From a virus (Duplodnaviria; Caudoviricetes): a stretch of DNA of 56,520 nucleotides. A model generated the notes under the pieces. That model was not told the origin of the DNA and made no database searches. It was given only the letters and a program-made list of their open reading frames with translations. The translations under genes and the position numbers were made by a program. This document shows, piece by piece, positions 18,602 to 28,067 of the stretch. Where the stretch lies: positions 1 to 56,520 of IMG/VR virus record IMGVR_UViG_3300034072_001152; one strand, given 5' to 3'. Position 1 is the stretch's first letter. Each line of letters opens with the position of its first letter.

Positions 18602-19095
18602 GCCCCCTCTCCCGCGGCGATGACGGCTTGGAGGCGTTCAATCTCGCCGAGGATGTCGGGGTGCGGACGGAACCACTCGCCATGAAGGCGATGCTCGGCA
18701 AAGCGAGCGTGATACGACCGTTCAAGAGAAACTGGGCCTTCGACGATGGCTGCCAGCGTCAATTCGCTCGGCCCAGCTAATTGCAAATCGCGCATACGTC
18801 GGTGGGGGTTCTTTGCATGGCCGATCTTGATGGGCCCAGCGCTGCTCGTGATGAAATACACGGTGGTCAGATCGCGAGAGACACCAGAAGCCCACTGGCC
18901 TTGGTTTTGCTGCGGCCGGGCGAGATAGGCTTGAACCATTGCAGCCCCTTCGGGGTGCCCATTAGCCCAGCACGACATAGCGTTGATCCACCCCCCAGGG
19001 TCAGCGCGCGTCTTTTCCTGATCCCAAGCGTGAATGGAGCCGGGCAGGCCGTATGGAAAGACGGGGCAATCAGTGGTAGGCGACATATCAGCCAT
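18598..19095 (-). CDS. GIY-YIG family protein (T5orf172/MUG113-like)
   Basis: VYFI..IKIGHAKNPHRRMRDLQ..ERSYHARFAEHRLHGEWF; start MADMS after leader copy 4. Confidence 0.8.
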   Translation of the reverse strand: MADMSPTTDCPVFPYGLPGSIHAWDQEKTRADPGGWINAMSCWANGHPEGAAMVQAYLARPQQNQGQWASGVSRDLTTVYFITSSAGPIKIGHAKNPHRRMRDLQLAGPSELTLAAIVEGPVSLERSYHARFAEHRLHGEWFRPHPDILGEIERLQAVIAAGEGA

Positions 19096-19155
19096 CGTGC
19101 GGTCCTTTCGCATGGAGGTCAGGCCCGGCATGGTGCTCGTAACACCTGTCGGGCC
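19093..19155 (-). promoter_or_regulatory. Two-hairpin 5' leader, copy 4
   Basis: GGCCCG..GGTG-ttacgag-CACC..CGGGCC TGACC tcca TGCG-aaaggac-CGCA cg ATGGCT. Confidence 0.7.
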
Positions 19156-19268
19156 AATGTGTACCGGCGTACACCTGATCGGCACATAAATCGAACAAAA
19201 GCGGCCCAAATTGGGGAAATCGGCCTGCAATTGGGCGAAAAAAGCGTGGATTGTCAGAGACACCCCAA

Positions 19269-19312
19269 GTTTACACCGAGAAGGCCGGGGGATCGTGACC
19301 CTCACCGCCCAC
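19269..19312 (+). other. attP core: 3' half of tRNA-Val(TAC)
   Basis: GTTTACACCGAGAAGGCC-GGGGG-ATCGTGA-CCCTC-ACCGCCCAC gives the anticodon loop, T-arm and acceptor strand; adjacent to the integrase 3' end; flanked by TGTGTACCGnnGTAC repeats at 19158 and 19355. Confidence 0.8.
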
Positions 19313-19370
19313 GGCGGAATTCCGCCATTTTTCACAGTCCCGCCGAATTGGGCGTGTGTACCGATGTACG

Positions 19371-20339
19371 CTAGAAGGCGGTCGCTGAGCTCGCATCGCG
19401 CATGAATGAGGGGCTGTACCTCGCGTACACCTGCTCGGTCATGCGCAGGCTGGTGTGACCGAGGTACTGCGAAATCATCTGCATCGGCACATTGTCCTGC
19501 GCCATCCAGACTGCGCAGGTGTGCCTCAAGACATGAGGTGAGAACGGAATGCCGGTGCGATCCGACAGCCGCTCGATCGCCTTTTTCACGCTGCCGACCT
19601 GCTTGCCGCCGTACTCGATAACGAAGTCCGTCAGCCGCGCCTCGTTCGCCGCCTGAAGCGCCGCATAGGTCTGCTCGTTCATGGGCACCACGGTACGGCG
19701 CTTGTTCGTCTGGATGCGACCAGAAGGTCGATAGTCGATGGTGCGCTGGTCGAAATTCACGCGATCCCATGTGAGATCGAGGATGGCGCCCGCTCTCGCG
19801 CCAGTCGTCAGCCCGAGGATCAGAAACAGCTTGATGTGAGGCGTTGTGGCTGCGTCGACGATCGCTCTGGCCTGCTCTTTGGTCAGCCAGGCATCCCGAG
19901 CTTTTGAAGCTGGCGGAATCCAGATCGCTGGCGCATCGGCGCGATAGTGGTGTCGGAGACAGGCGCGTAGCAATTCCAGATCTGTCTTGATGGTGCTGTT
20001 CGCGTACCCCAGCTTTCGGCGGGCATGGTAATATGCCCGGCAGTCGTCCTTGGTGATGCTGCTGCCGATGCGGTTGCCGAAGGTCGGCCCAAGCGCCGCC
20101 CAGTGTGCCTGAAACCTGTCCGCTCGGGCTCCGTCTGTGATCCGGTCGCGCGTGTACGCAGGCCATAGATCAGCTACCCGCTCACTTTTTGCGGCGTGGA
20201 GCCGGTTCCAGATAGCACGGGCGACAGCTTCGGCCTCGCCGCGGTGATCCGTGCCAGTCGTGATTCTGCGGCGACGTTCACCGTCTCGGAAGGTGAGCGC
20301 GTACTTTCCTCGGTGGATGGTGAGGGAATATTCTGACAC
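19371..20339 (-). CDS. int: Tyrosine integrase
   Basis: TGAR, NKRR, HVLRHT, LGHTS, VY catalytic motifs; probable GTG start at 20339. Confidence 0.93.
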   Translation of the reverse strand: MSEYSLTIHRGKYALTFRDGERRRRITTGTDHRGEAEAVARAIWNRLHAAKSERVADLWPAYTRDRITDGARADRFQAHWAALGPTFGNRIGSSITKDDCRAYYHARRKLGYANSTIKTDLELLRACLRHHYRADAPAIWIPPASKARDAWLTKEQARAIVDAATTPHIKLFLILGLTTGARAGAILDLTWDRVNFDQRTIDYRPSGRIQTNKRRTVVPMNEQTYAALQAANEARLTDFVIEYGGKQVGSVKKAIERLSDRTGIPFSPHVLRHTCAVWMAQDNVPMQMISQYLGHTSLRMTEQVYARYSPSFMRDASSATAF

Positions 20340-20491
20340 TCGTACCGCGCTACCTCGGCTGCTGGGATGCGGATGAGCTTGCCCAGCTCGAAGCCGGCTA
20401 GCTCGCCGTCGCGGTACATACGCCGAATTTTCTCGGCTGAACAACCCCAGCGTTCGGCCAAGGTTTTCGGGCAGTAGGGCTTTTCAGTCAT
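20174..20491 (-). CDS. xis: Excisionase (HTH_17-like) overlapping int
   Basis: PKTLAERWGCSAEKIRRMYRDGELAGFELGKLIRIP winged HTH just upstream of int. Confidence 0.8.
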   Translation of the reverse strand: MTEKPYCPKTLAERWGCSAEKIRRMYRDGELAGFELGKLIRIPAAEVARYECQNIPSPSTEESTRSPSETVNVAAESRLARITAARPKLSPVLSGTGSTPQKVSG

Positions 20492-20568
20492 GTCATCGTC
20501 CTTTCCACCGCGCCGCAAGCGTGGCGACGGTGAATGCCGGGTTCGGGTCACGGATTAGGTTCGCCCGA

Positions 20569-20826
20569 TCATGCCGCCACAACCAGAGGTTCGGCCTCGC
20601 GCGGCTTTTCGGGCGCGCAACGCGGGCAGTGCTTGTCGACGGCCTCGATCATGCCCTTGAGGGCCGTGCTTTCCTTGACCATGCGCTCGGCAAGTGCGCG
20701 GGCGCTGGCGTCGTTGATCGCATCGCCTTGCATCAGCCAGATCACCAGCTCGGCCTTGTGGGCATCGCAGGCGGATTGGTGAACTTTGCCGCTGCTGTCG
20801 CGGTAGCAGGTGATTTCAGTGACCAT
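20569..20826 (-). CDS. Hypothetical protein
   Basis: 85 aa in the leftward operon. Confidence 0.6.
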   Translation of the reverse strand: MVTEITCYRDSSGKVHQSACDAHKAELVIWLMQGDAINDASARALAERMVKESTALKGMIEAVDKHCPRCAPEKPREAEPLVVAA

Positions 20827-20827
20827 C

Positions 20828-21232
20828 TCAGTCTCTCCCGTGTTTCTTGAGTTCGGCAGTGAGGCGGCTCAGGGTGACAAGCCCTTGGAGGGCGTAGTGG
20901 TCTGCCCAAAGCAGGCGGCGCTGCACAATATCGACCAAATTACCCGGCTCAGCTTCGAAAGCGCCAAGTTGCTCGGTAAGCCCCTCCGCTCTTGCCGCCT
21001 CGAAGCACATAGAGACGCTCTCCAAAGCCTCCCTCGCCGCCTCTATCGCGTCCAGCAGCGGGGCGGTGGTGGATTGCGTCACCTCGGCTTCAAAGCGGGT
21101 TATAACTGCCGTGACAGCGTTAGTGTCGATCTCGTAATAACCACCATTGGTCACGATGTTGGCGGCACTGGTCACGTCCTCGGCGACCTCCTCCGCGCGC
21201 TGCGTCACCCGCGCCTCGCTCGGGACGGTCAT
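20828..21232 (-). CDS. Hypothetical protein
   Basis: 134 aa, overlap-coupled. Confidence 0.6.
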   Translation of the reverse strand: MTVPSEARVTQRAEEVAEDVTSAANIVTNGGYYEIDTNAVTAVITRFEAEVTQSTTAPLLDAIEAAREALESVSMCFEAARAEGLTEQLGAFEAEPGNLVDIVQRRLLWADHYALQGLVTLSRLTAELKKHGRD

Positions 21233-21786
21233 TGGTCGGCTCCCGTAAGATAGTGATCGTCGATTTCATCGAGCAGCCCTTCCCAAGTGAAGGCAGACGC
21301 GACCGGGGCATCAGGATCGGCACCGCCAAGATAAGCTTCCCAGCCATCGGTGCCCCAGCGCGCGTTCTCTTCGTGAAAGCCACACTCCCAGCCGCGATAC
21401 CAAACGGTCTTGCCCTCAGTCGGCTTTACAGGGCGAGAGCCGTGCAAAAGGGCGCGGGCTTTGTCCGCGAAGTGATCGCCGATAACGCCGTCAGGGGATG
21501 AGTATTTCAGCAGTCCAGCCATAAGTTCGCGGACTTCGTCGGACATGACAGCTTTTGTCGTGCTGTCCGTGCTATCGCTAGGCTTGGGCAACAGCCGCAT
21601 TTCTTCGCGGCTCGGTTCCTGATCGCTGCAAAACCCCGCGTCGATGAATGCCTTTAGGGTCGTATGTGGTGTGCGGCAAAAGCCAAGGCACCACGCTTCA
21701 AGCTCGGCCTTGGTCCATTGGGGCGACGACACACGAAACGCATCACGGTCGGCAGTAATGCCGGAGGGGGTGCGGGGCGCGCTCAT
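21229..21786 (-). CDS. Hypothetical protein
   Basis: 185 aa, ATGA overlaps; C-terminal YRGWEC..LLDEIDD module. Confidence 0.6.
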   Translation of the reverse strand: MSAPRTPSGITADRDAFRVSSPQWTKAELEAWCLGFCRTPHTTLKAFIDAGFCSDQEPSREEMRLLPKPSDSTDSTTKAVMSDEVRELMAGLLKYSSPDGVIGDHFADKARALLHGSRPVKPTEGKTVWYRGWECGFHEENARWGTDGWEAYLGGADPDAPVASAFTWEGLLDEIDDHYLTGADQ

Positions 21787-22052
21787 GATGCACCGCCTTG
21801 AGCGCGAGCTATGACAGAGTTGACGCGCGCCAGAGTTGCTGCGCGGGTGTCACCCATGTCGTCGCCATTGTGCTCAAGTAGTTCCTCAAGCGCCCCTGCA
21901 CCGATAAGGGCGCACTCCAGCAACTCTCGGTGGCTTTCCAACAGCGTCCGCACGTCCTCACGGCTCGGCAGCACGCGGCTGTCCCACGTAGCGCGGTCAA
22001 GGCGGTCCAGCGCGACGGCAAACGCCTCACGGTCGATACGGGGCGCGCTCAT
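21783..22052 (-). CDS. Hypothetical protein
   Basis: 89 aa, ATGA overlaps. Confidence 0.6.
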   Translation of the reverse strand: MSAPRIDREAFAVALDRLDRATWDSRVLPSREDVRTLLESHRELLECALIGAGALEELLEHNGDDMGDTRAATLARVNSVIARAQGGAS

Positions 22053-22354
22053 TCCGCCGCCTCCCGCTCCATGCGGTCAATCTCCCAACAGGTGCCATCC
22101 ACCGCCGCCGCCCACTCGTTCACCGTGTAGCGAAGCGAAGTGCAGGTGACGTTGCACACGGCAACATAAGCATCGTGCTCGCGGCAATGCTGGATAGCCA
22201 CTTCAAGGCGGGCGATGATCTTTGCAGCGCGGGCCGTATCGCCAACGCCGTGGTCAATCACCTCCTGCAAGCGGGCGATCTGCTTGCGGGCGCGCACCAC
22301 ATCAGGCGCGGCGGCAAACTCGGCTTCGGTGCAGAACTTGAGGGGGGCGCTCAT
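22049..22354 (-). CDS. Hypothetical protein
   Basis: 101 aa, ATGA overlaps. Confidence 0.6.
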   Translation of the reverse strand: MSAPLKFCTEAEFAAAPDVVRARKQIARLQEVIDHGVGDTARAAKIIARLEVAIQHCREHDAYVAVCNVTCTSLRYTVNEWAAAVDGTCWEIDRMEREAAE

Positions 22355-23013
22355 GCCTCACCACCTTCCGGCTTGCCCGTCATGTGGGCGCGCTCCATCC
22401 GCTTCGCAGGCTCGACATGGACCTGCCCCTTGGCACCGTCAGCGATGCACTCAATCACCAAGCCCTCGGGCGTGAAGCTGCTGCTGTAATAGCCGACAAC
22501 CTTGCCCTGCCACTCAGGGCCGGACTTCTTGCGGACTTCGCAGCCGAGCGGGAAGGCTTCAGCCCCCGGCCACGGTGCCACAGGGACGCGGGAGAGGGTG
22601 GCGCGGATCATTGCAATCTTGGACTTCGCTTCGTGCTGGACGAATTGCCCAGCGGTGCCGCCGTTGTCGGCAATGACTTCGGACAGGTCGAGTTCACACC
22701 AGTTGGCAACCCAGCGCTCTAGATGCTTGAGCGCCTCGACCCCTGCCTCGCCCAGCGCAGGGACGCGCCCTAGTTCCATGCCACGGCGAAGGGCGGCGTG
22801 GAGGCGGTCAACCACCGCTTCAATATTGCCCCGATAGTTATGAGTTTCGCTACATGCAAAGTCCCCAAATTCGATCGGTGTGTCGGTAAGTTCGAGCGCA
22901 TCCCGCAGTGCATCTCGCACCGCATCCCGCGACAGCGGGTCAACCTCTCGCGCCTCCAACGCAGCACGTTCCGCAGCGTGGCGGGCTTCCATCTGTTCGC
23001 GGGTCTCGGTCAT
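22351..23013 (-). CDS. Protein with C-terminal DfrB/R67 (type II DHFR)-like SH3 domain
   Basis: FPLGCEVRKKSGPEWQGKVVGYYSSSFTPEGLVIE vs R67 [35 protein letters not shown]. Confidence 0.8.
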   Translation of the reverse strand: MTETREQMEARHAAERAALEAREVDPLSRDAVRDALRDALELTDTPIEFGDFACSETHNYRGNIEAVVDRLHAALRRGMELGRVPALGEAGVEALKHLERWVANWCELDLSEVIADNGGTAGQFVQHEAKSKIAMIRATLSRVPVAPWPGAEAFPLGCEVRKKSGPEWQGKVVGYYSSSFTPEGLVIECIADGAKGQVHVEPAKRMERAHMTGKPEGGEA

Positions 23014-23282
23014 GCGGGGGTGTCCTCTGTGTCGTTTCGGCTTTCATCGACTGCACGAATGGCAGCGTGCGCAAAACGGATACATTTGGCCCTGTCGTCT
23101 TCCCATTCGCACCACTTCTCGCAAATCAACTCTAACGGGTCGTCTTCGTGGAAATGGGCGCGGAAAATAGCAAAGGCGACCGCGAACAGTTCGGGGGCAC
23201 CGCGCTTACAAGGTCGGCCAAGCTTGGCTCTTACCTTGGCGGTGAATTGCTTAAGGGTCGTTTCAGCCATCACACTCTCCAT
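23010..23282 (-). CDS. Hypothetical protein
   Basis: About 90 aa, overlap-coupled. Confidence 0.5.
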   Translation of the reverse strand: MESVMAETTLKQFTAKVRAKLGRPCKRGAPELFAVAFAIFRAHFHEDDPLELICEKWCEWEDDRAKCIRFAHAAIRAVDESRNDTEDTPA

Positions 23283-23313
23283 TCACCGGCCCGCAGGCCA
23301 TAGGGTTGCACGG

Positions 23314-24405
23314 TCATGCCTGAGCCTTCGCCTTGAGAGCTTCCTTCAGCGCATTGGCCTGGCGGGCGAGACTGTCGCGCACCTCCTGCGGCATGACCTC
23401 GAGATCGGCCTTGAACTTCGTCGGCACGGCTTGCAGGTCGATCACCGTCTCGGCCTTGTCCATGGCGGCCTTGATCTCGGCGACCTTGGCGGCCCATGGC
23501 GCGTCCGGCGAGAACGGGTCGATCGCTTCGTCTTCCGGCTCGCCCTGCTCAAGCGGCCCGTCGATTTCGTCGAGCGTCTGCTGTGCGGCTTCGGAGAGCG
23601 TGCCGGGCATCTCGTCGTCTTGGATGTCAGCGGCAAGTCGCTCACGGCGGGCCTCATCGGCTTCAAACTGGCCGTCATTGATGTCCTCGACCTCGGCGTC
23701 TTGCACCTGCTCGGCGGCGACTGTTTCCATTTCCGACACAGTTGTCGTCTGCTCGACCGTCACACCGGCCTGCTGGGCGAGCATGTCGCTGCTGAGACGT
23801 TGGGGACGGTCGGCCTGCCCTTCCATGAGATCCGGCCGGTCGCGCACTTCCTCGGCGATATGCAGGCCCTTGAGGACATCGGCAAAACCGTCGCGCATTG
23901 CCCACGACCGGGCGCGCATCTGGCGCATCCGCTGCGGATATTGCGTCCAAGGCCCCGATTTTCCGGCCAAGCCCGCCTTCTTCGCATCCTCCATGCTGAA
24001 GCTGCGCACGATCGGTGTCGACCGGCCTTTGCGCACCAGCTTGCAGGTCGCGGTCTGACCGTCATCGGTTTCCTCGATGTCGTCCAGCAGACCGGACGCC
24101 TGCACCAGCGCCAGCGCCCCGTCGCCCCAGATCGCCGGGTTATTGCCGATCACCGCGATGGATTGGAGGGCTTGAAACGGGGCGAGGCCGAGCTCGGCAC
24201 CGGCCATGATGCCGACGAAGCACTTGTTGACATCGTTCCCGTAGGCTTTTGGCGTCATGCCGGACATCGCAAGGGCATTGGCGAGCCGGAACGCCTGCTC
24301 GATGTCTGTCGGCACGAAAGCCGAGACGGCGGTGCCAGACTGGATGGCAGGCGGGCGCGGCCGCGGGGTCTGCTGTTCGGCGATGGCTGTGGTGGTGTCG
24401 GTCAT
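23314..24405 (-). CDS. RecT-like single-strand annealing protein
   Basis: IMAGAELGLAPFQALQSIAVI..PAIWGD, WTQYPQRMRQMRARSWAMRDGFADVLKGL; acidic tail; next to a RecE-like gene. Confidence 0.8.
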   Translation of the reverse strand: MTDTTTAIAEQQTPRPRPPAIQSGTAVSAFVPTDIEQAFRLANALAMSGMTPKAYGNDVNKCFVGIMAGAELGLAPFQALQSIAVIGNNPAIWGDGALALVQASGLLDDIEETDDGQTATCKLVRKGRSTPIVRSFSMEDAKKAGLAGKSGPWTQYPQRMRQMRARSWAMRDGFADVLKGLHIAEEVRDRPDLMEGQADRPQRLSSDMLAQQAGVTVEQTTTVSEMETVAAEQVQDAEVEDINDGQFEADEARRERLAADIQDDEMPGTLSEAAQQTLDEIDGPLEQGEPEDEAIDPFSPDAPWAAKVAEIKAAMDKAETVIDLQAVPTKFKADLEVMPQEVRDSLARQANALKEALKAKAQA

Positions 24406-24995
24406 GCTGCAACCTTTCGTGCTTCGATGGCGTGGTAAACTCGCTTGCAGGCCCGGACATCGACCAGCGCGTCGTGAGCGCCTTCCAGCGTCTCGCCGAA
24501 GAAGAACTGGACGCATTCGCCAAGGTTCGGCGCCTTGAATTTGGTGAAGCCCGCCGCGAGCATCTTCTGCGTCGGCGGCAGCTTGATGATGGGGGCTGCG
24601 CTACGCATCGTGCAGACGTAAGGCGCGGGACAATCCCACTTGAACCCGCGAGCCTTGGCGGCGTGAATGCGCATCATCCGGAGGTCGAAGGTGACATTGT
24701 GCCCGATGACGCGCTCGGCCCGGAACACCATGTCGAAGAAGCGATCAGCGACCTCGCCGCCATCCATGCCTTCTTCGGTGGCCTTGCGGGTGGTGATGCC
24801 GTGCGCCTTGAAGGCTTCCTCGCCGATGATGCAGCCCGGATACGGCTTGACCAGCGTGCTGAAGGTTTCGACCTCGGTGCCGTCTTCTTCGGCAAGGATG
24901 CAGGCCAATTGCAGCAGGTGCGGCTGGCTGGGATCATCCGAAGGCAAACGCCATTCGGGCAGGTTCGAAGTTTCGGTATCGAAAAACAGGTTCAT
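24402..24995 (-). CDS. DEDDh 3'-5' exonuclease (DnaQ-like)
   Basis: FFDTETS, GHNVTFD, GAHDALVD motifs. Confidence 0.9.
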   Translation of the reverse strand: MNLFFDTETSNLPEWRLPSDDPSQPHLLQLACILAEEDGTEVETFSTLVKPYPGCIIGEEAFKAHGITTRKATEEGMDGGEVADRFFDMVFRAERVIGHNVTFDLRMMRIHAAKARGFKWDCPAPYVCTMRSAAPIIKLPPTQKMLAAGFTKFKAPNLGECVQFFFGETLEGAHDALVDVRACKRVYHAIEARKVAA

Positions 24996-25948
24996 GCGTA
25001 TTCCCCTTCAGGCTCGCCCCAGATGGCTTTGGTGAGGTCGGTTTCGGTGGATTCGTCGACGCGCATACGGGCGTAGATCGGCAGCCCGACTTCCATCGGG
25101 CGATCCGCGTATCCAGGCCATTGGTTGCGCTTGACGCACTCGGCGAAGACGTTGATCGCCTGCCGCATCATCAGTCGGCCGCGCTCGATGTCCTCTGGCG
25201 GCGGGTAGTAGAGCGAGACGGTGTGCGGCTCGTCCTTCTCGACAACCACGAACACGAAGCCGGTCGGATACTTGCCGTAGATCTGCTTGATGCCTTCGCT
25301 GTAGTGTGCGGCGGCAAGATAGAATCCGAAGTCGTCCATCGCTTTCGCGAACTTGCGCGGCGAGCAATGCGTGCCCGCAAGGAACTTGAGATCCGTCACG
25401 ATGCGGATGTCCTCGCCGTCGATGCACGATTGCGGCAGGAAGTCAGGCCTTGCGCGCAACCAAACGCCTGTCAGTTCATCCTGCCACGCCAAGGTCATTT
25501 CAGGCACGCCGCGCATGAGGGCATGGCGAGCGGCTTCGTTGCCCCCGATCCTGTCAGCGATGCGCTCGACCAGCGCCATGTCCTCATGCCGGATGACCGT
25601 CTTGCCCTTGCTGACGGCGTAGTCGGCGGCGGCGATGTGCTCGGCCATGGCGACCGTCTTGGTGCGACTGAAGCCTTCGGGCAGGACGTGGAACTGCTTC
25701 GCCCAATCGTCACCCAAGAGGATCAATGCGTGAGCAGCGCGACCGATGGCGAAGTGCGGCGCATCGTTCGAAACCCGGTTCGGGTTCATCGCGGACTGAT
25801 GGTAAAAATGGGCGGGCGACTTTTCCAGCAGCACCTTCGCGCCGGATGCCGAAAGCGATGGGCCGGGCAATAGCAGCGGGTTCGAATGATAATCCTGCTC
25901 GCTGATGCCCTCGTAGGCGCCGCGCTCTGTGATGATCGGCCCGCTCAC
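24992..25948 (-). CDS. RecE/exonuclease VIII-like PD-(D/E)XK nuclease (DUF3799-like)
   Basis: YH..LSASGAK..SPAHF, GRAAHALIL, LRARPDF..TDLK, FVVVEKDEPH. Confidence 0.85.
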   Translation of the reverse strand: MSGPIITERGAYEGISEQDYHSNPLLLPGPSLSASGAKVLLEKSPAHFYHQSAMNPNRVSNDAPHFAIGRAAHALILLGDDWAKQFHVLPEGFSRTKTVAMAEHIAAADYAVSKGKTVIRHEDMALVERIADRIGGNEAARHALMRGVPEMTLAWQDELTGVWLRARPDFLPQSCIDGEDIRIVTDLKFLAGTHCSPRKFAKAMDDFGFYLAAAHYSEGIKQIYGKYPTGFVFVVVEKDEPHTVSLYYPPPEDIERGRLMMRQAINVFAECVKRNQWPGYADRPMEVGLPIYARMRVDESTETDLTKAIWGEPEGEYA

Positions 25949-26172
25949 TTGCCGCGCTCCCGCAGCATCGCGTCGGCCTGCTGGTATGCCCAGTAAGCTC
26001 GCTCATCCCTCGCCCGGTCATGGTTTAGGTTGGAGAAGCCCGCAGGCATCCATGTGCCCATTCCAGCGAGCGCAGCAGCGGCAAACAGGTCACGCAAGGT
26101 CATGCCGCCAAACGGGGCGTCGGGGTGAACGCTTTGCGGGAAAACAGGCGGGTTTTCGGGTTGGTCAGTCAT
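25945..26172 (-). CDS. Conserved small phage protein
   Basis: GMTLRDLFAAAALAG..AYQQADAMLRER motif common in phages. Confidence 0.75.
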   Translation of the reverse strand: MTDQPENPPVFPQSVHPDAPFGGMTLRDLFAAAALAGMGTWMPAGFSNLNHDRARDERAYWAYQQADAMLRERGK

Positions 26173-26374
26173 GTGCGGGGGGCTCCCTGCGGGCGGTTTC
26201 AGGTTCGGCGCCGAGGCCGATAAGCTCGAAATCGATCATCTTCCGCACCATGCGGAGGCGCGGGCCGGTCAGGTGCCCAGCCTGCGCCCAGAGCGAGCGC
26301 AGACACCGGATTTTCCAATTGCGCTCACGGGCTTTGGTCTGCGCAGGCGTCGGGCGGCGGAATTCGCGGGTCAC
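26165..26374 (-). CDS. Hypothetical protein
   Basis: 69 aa, overlap-coupled. Confidence 0.55.
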   Translation of the reverse strand: MTREFRRPTPAQTKARERNWKIRCLRSLWAQAGHLTGPRLRMVRKMIDFELIGLGAEPETARREPPAHD

Positions 26375-26634
26375 AGAACACCACCCGCATCAGCCATAAA
26401 TTCCTCAGCCTTGGCGATAAACGCCCGCGCCATGGCAATCTGATCCTGCCATCCATCTGCGTTGCTGATGTGGCTAACCACGAAATGCTTGCCACGTTCG
26501 ATCTTGGACTGCTCGGAGATCATCAGCGTAAAGGTGACGCGCTTGCCGCCGATCACCGGGTTGAACGCGGTGTCGAGTTGCTGGCGAAGGCGCTCCATGG
26601 CTGCATCGGAAGCTGCTTGGACTTCGGGGGTCAT
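26371..26634 (-). CDS. Hypothetical protein
   Basis: 87 aa, overlap-coupled. Confidence 0.55.
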   Translation of the reverse strand: MTPEVQAASDAAMERLRQQLDTAFNPVIGGKRVTFTLMISEQSKIERGKHFVVSHISNADGWQDQIAMARAFIAKAEEFMADAGGVL

Positions 26635-27743
26635 CAGAACCGCACCTCGACATTCGGGACATTGCCGCTCGCGATCTCATTGATGATCGCCCGCGCCATC
26701 TTCTGCGTGACGAGCGGGATGGCGGTGAGCGCTTCGGCGGCAGTCTCGATGATTTGCTGCCTATGCGCGATGTCGGCTTCGCGGCGGCGCTGTTCGGCTT
26801 CGGCTGCCTCGCGCTCGCGCGCTTCCTTTTCGCGCTCAGCTGCGATGCGCTGGCGCTCCATGTCGGCAAGGCGCTCAGCCTCAGCAGCACGCGCATTGGC
26901 GGCGTCAATCTCAGCCTGGGCGGCGCGGTCGCGTTCTTCCTGCTCGCGCCGGGCCTGTTCCTCGGCGGCACGCTTGGCCTGCTCGGCAGCTTCGACCTTG
27001 GCGCGTTCGATGCGCTCGGCCTCGGCCTTGGCGGCGGCTTCGGCACGTTCCTTGGCGATGCGCTCCTGCTCGGCCTGTTGGGCGGCGATGCGCTGGCGTT
27101 CCTGCTCGGCGCGCAACTCGGCCAGCTCAGCATCGCGCGCCTCATTGGTCTTCAGGTCGGCAACCGCCTTGGTGAGCGCAGCAACGGCATCATCGCGCAA
27201 GTCGGTCGCCATCTCGATGCGGACGCCAAGCACCTCAGCGTTCAGATTCATGCCCCGGATGCGGTCGAGCCGTTCCTGCACCTGCTCGGAAGTCATGCCG
27301 AACGTCACGGTCGGTGCTGCGGTCAGGTCAGCGATGATCCGGTCAGCCTCGGCTTGGCGGGCCTTGTCGGCTTCTTCCCATGCCGTGACAGGCGCGCGCA
27401 CTTCCTTGGCGAGTTCGTCCATGCGCTCGGCAATGGCCTTGCCGGTGGCGTTCACCTTGGCGGTTTGCGTGCGCCAATGCTCGGTCAGCCCCAGCTTGGT
27501 CTTCTCGAATGCCGCCTTCCGGCTGCGGACGCTGGCAGCCTTGGCAACGATGCGGTCCCGGCCAGCCTTGGTGCTCAGGTCGAGTTCGGACGGCTCGACA
27601 AGCGGACGCAGGCTGGTGAGGTAGGCGTCCAGATCGACCTTGCCGAGCAGCAAGAGCTTCGGATCGGCGTCGACCTGATCGACAATGCAGACCTGTTCGG
27701 CTTCGTCGGTGGCGGGTTCAATCTGTGTGGGGATGGCATTCAT
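26634..27743 (-). CDS. Coiled-coil protein of the phage recombination region
   Basis: DLSTKAGRDRI..A..V N-terminus, long EAKR-rich coil, IASGNVPNVEVRF C-terminus. Confidence 0.75.
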   Translation of the reverse strand: MNAIPTQIEPATDEAEQVCIVDQVDADPKLLLLGKVDLDAYLTSLRPLVEPSELDLSTKAGRDRIVAKAASVRSRKAAFEKTKLGLTEHWRTQTAKVNATGKAIAERMDELAKEVRAPVTAWEEADKARQAEADRIIADLTAAPTVTFGMTSEQVQERLDRIRGMNLNAEVLGVRIEMATDLRDDAVAALTKAVADLKTNEARDAELAELRAEQERQRIAAQQAEQERIAKERAEAAAKAEAERIERAKVEAAEQAKRAAEEQARREQEERDRAAQAEIDAANARAAEAERLADMERQRIAAEREKEAREREAAEAEQRRREADIAHRQQIIETAAEALTAIPLVTQKMARAIINEIASGNVPNVEVRF

Positions 27744-27746
27744 CAG

Positions 27747-27952
27747 TCAGTTTCCTTTGCTGGCGATGGTGGTGGCGAGGTCGGCGAAGGCCATTTCCAG
27801 TGTCTCGCCCTGGCCCATGTGATTGTGGTCGACGCTGATGCTCCAAAGCTCGCCGGTTAGGTGATCCTCGTAAGGTTGGAGGCTGATCTGGGCGACCGGG
27901 CCAAGCCTGCGGATGGTTTCAGCGAGTGTGGGATAGGATGGAGGGGGCATGG
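27747..27952 (-). CDS. Hypothetical protein
   Basis: About 68 aa after GAGGA RBS; exact start uncertain. Confidence 0.45.
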
Positions 27953-28067
27953 GGATGATCCTCTTGCAAAAATGTGGGCACGGTGCGGCGAGCATGATGG
28001 CCGCTCCACCACTGCGAGCGCTGCTCGGCGACTGCGGTGTTGATGAGGCGGTATTGGGCGCTGTGTT

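Noticed and set aside
19269-19312. Intact tRNA gene
   Set aside because: The 5' acceptor strand and D-arm are absent; this is the attP half-site.
19096-20166. N-terminal extension making the GIY-YIG ORF 522 aa
   Set aside because: It overlaps int and attP in another frame; the RBS and leader place the start at 19095.
22798-24438. Long plus-strand ORF (546 aa) and similar long antisense ORFs (26470..27624, 45042..46499, 49048..50460)
   Set aside because: Shadow frames of well-supported genes on the opposite strand, expected in high-GC DNA.
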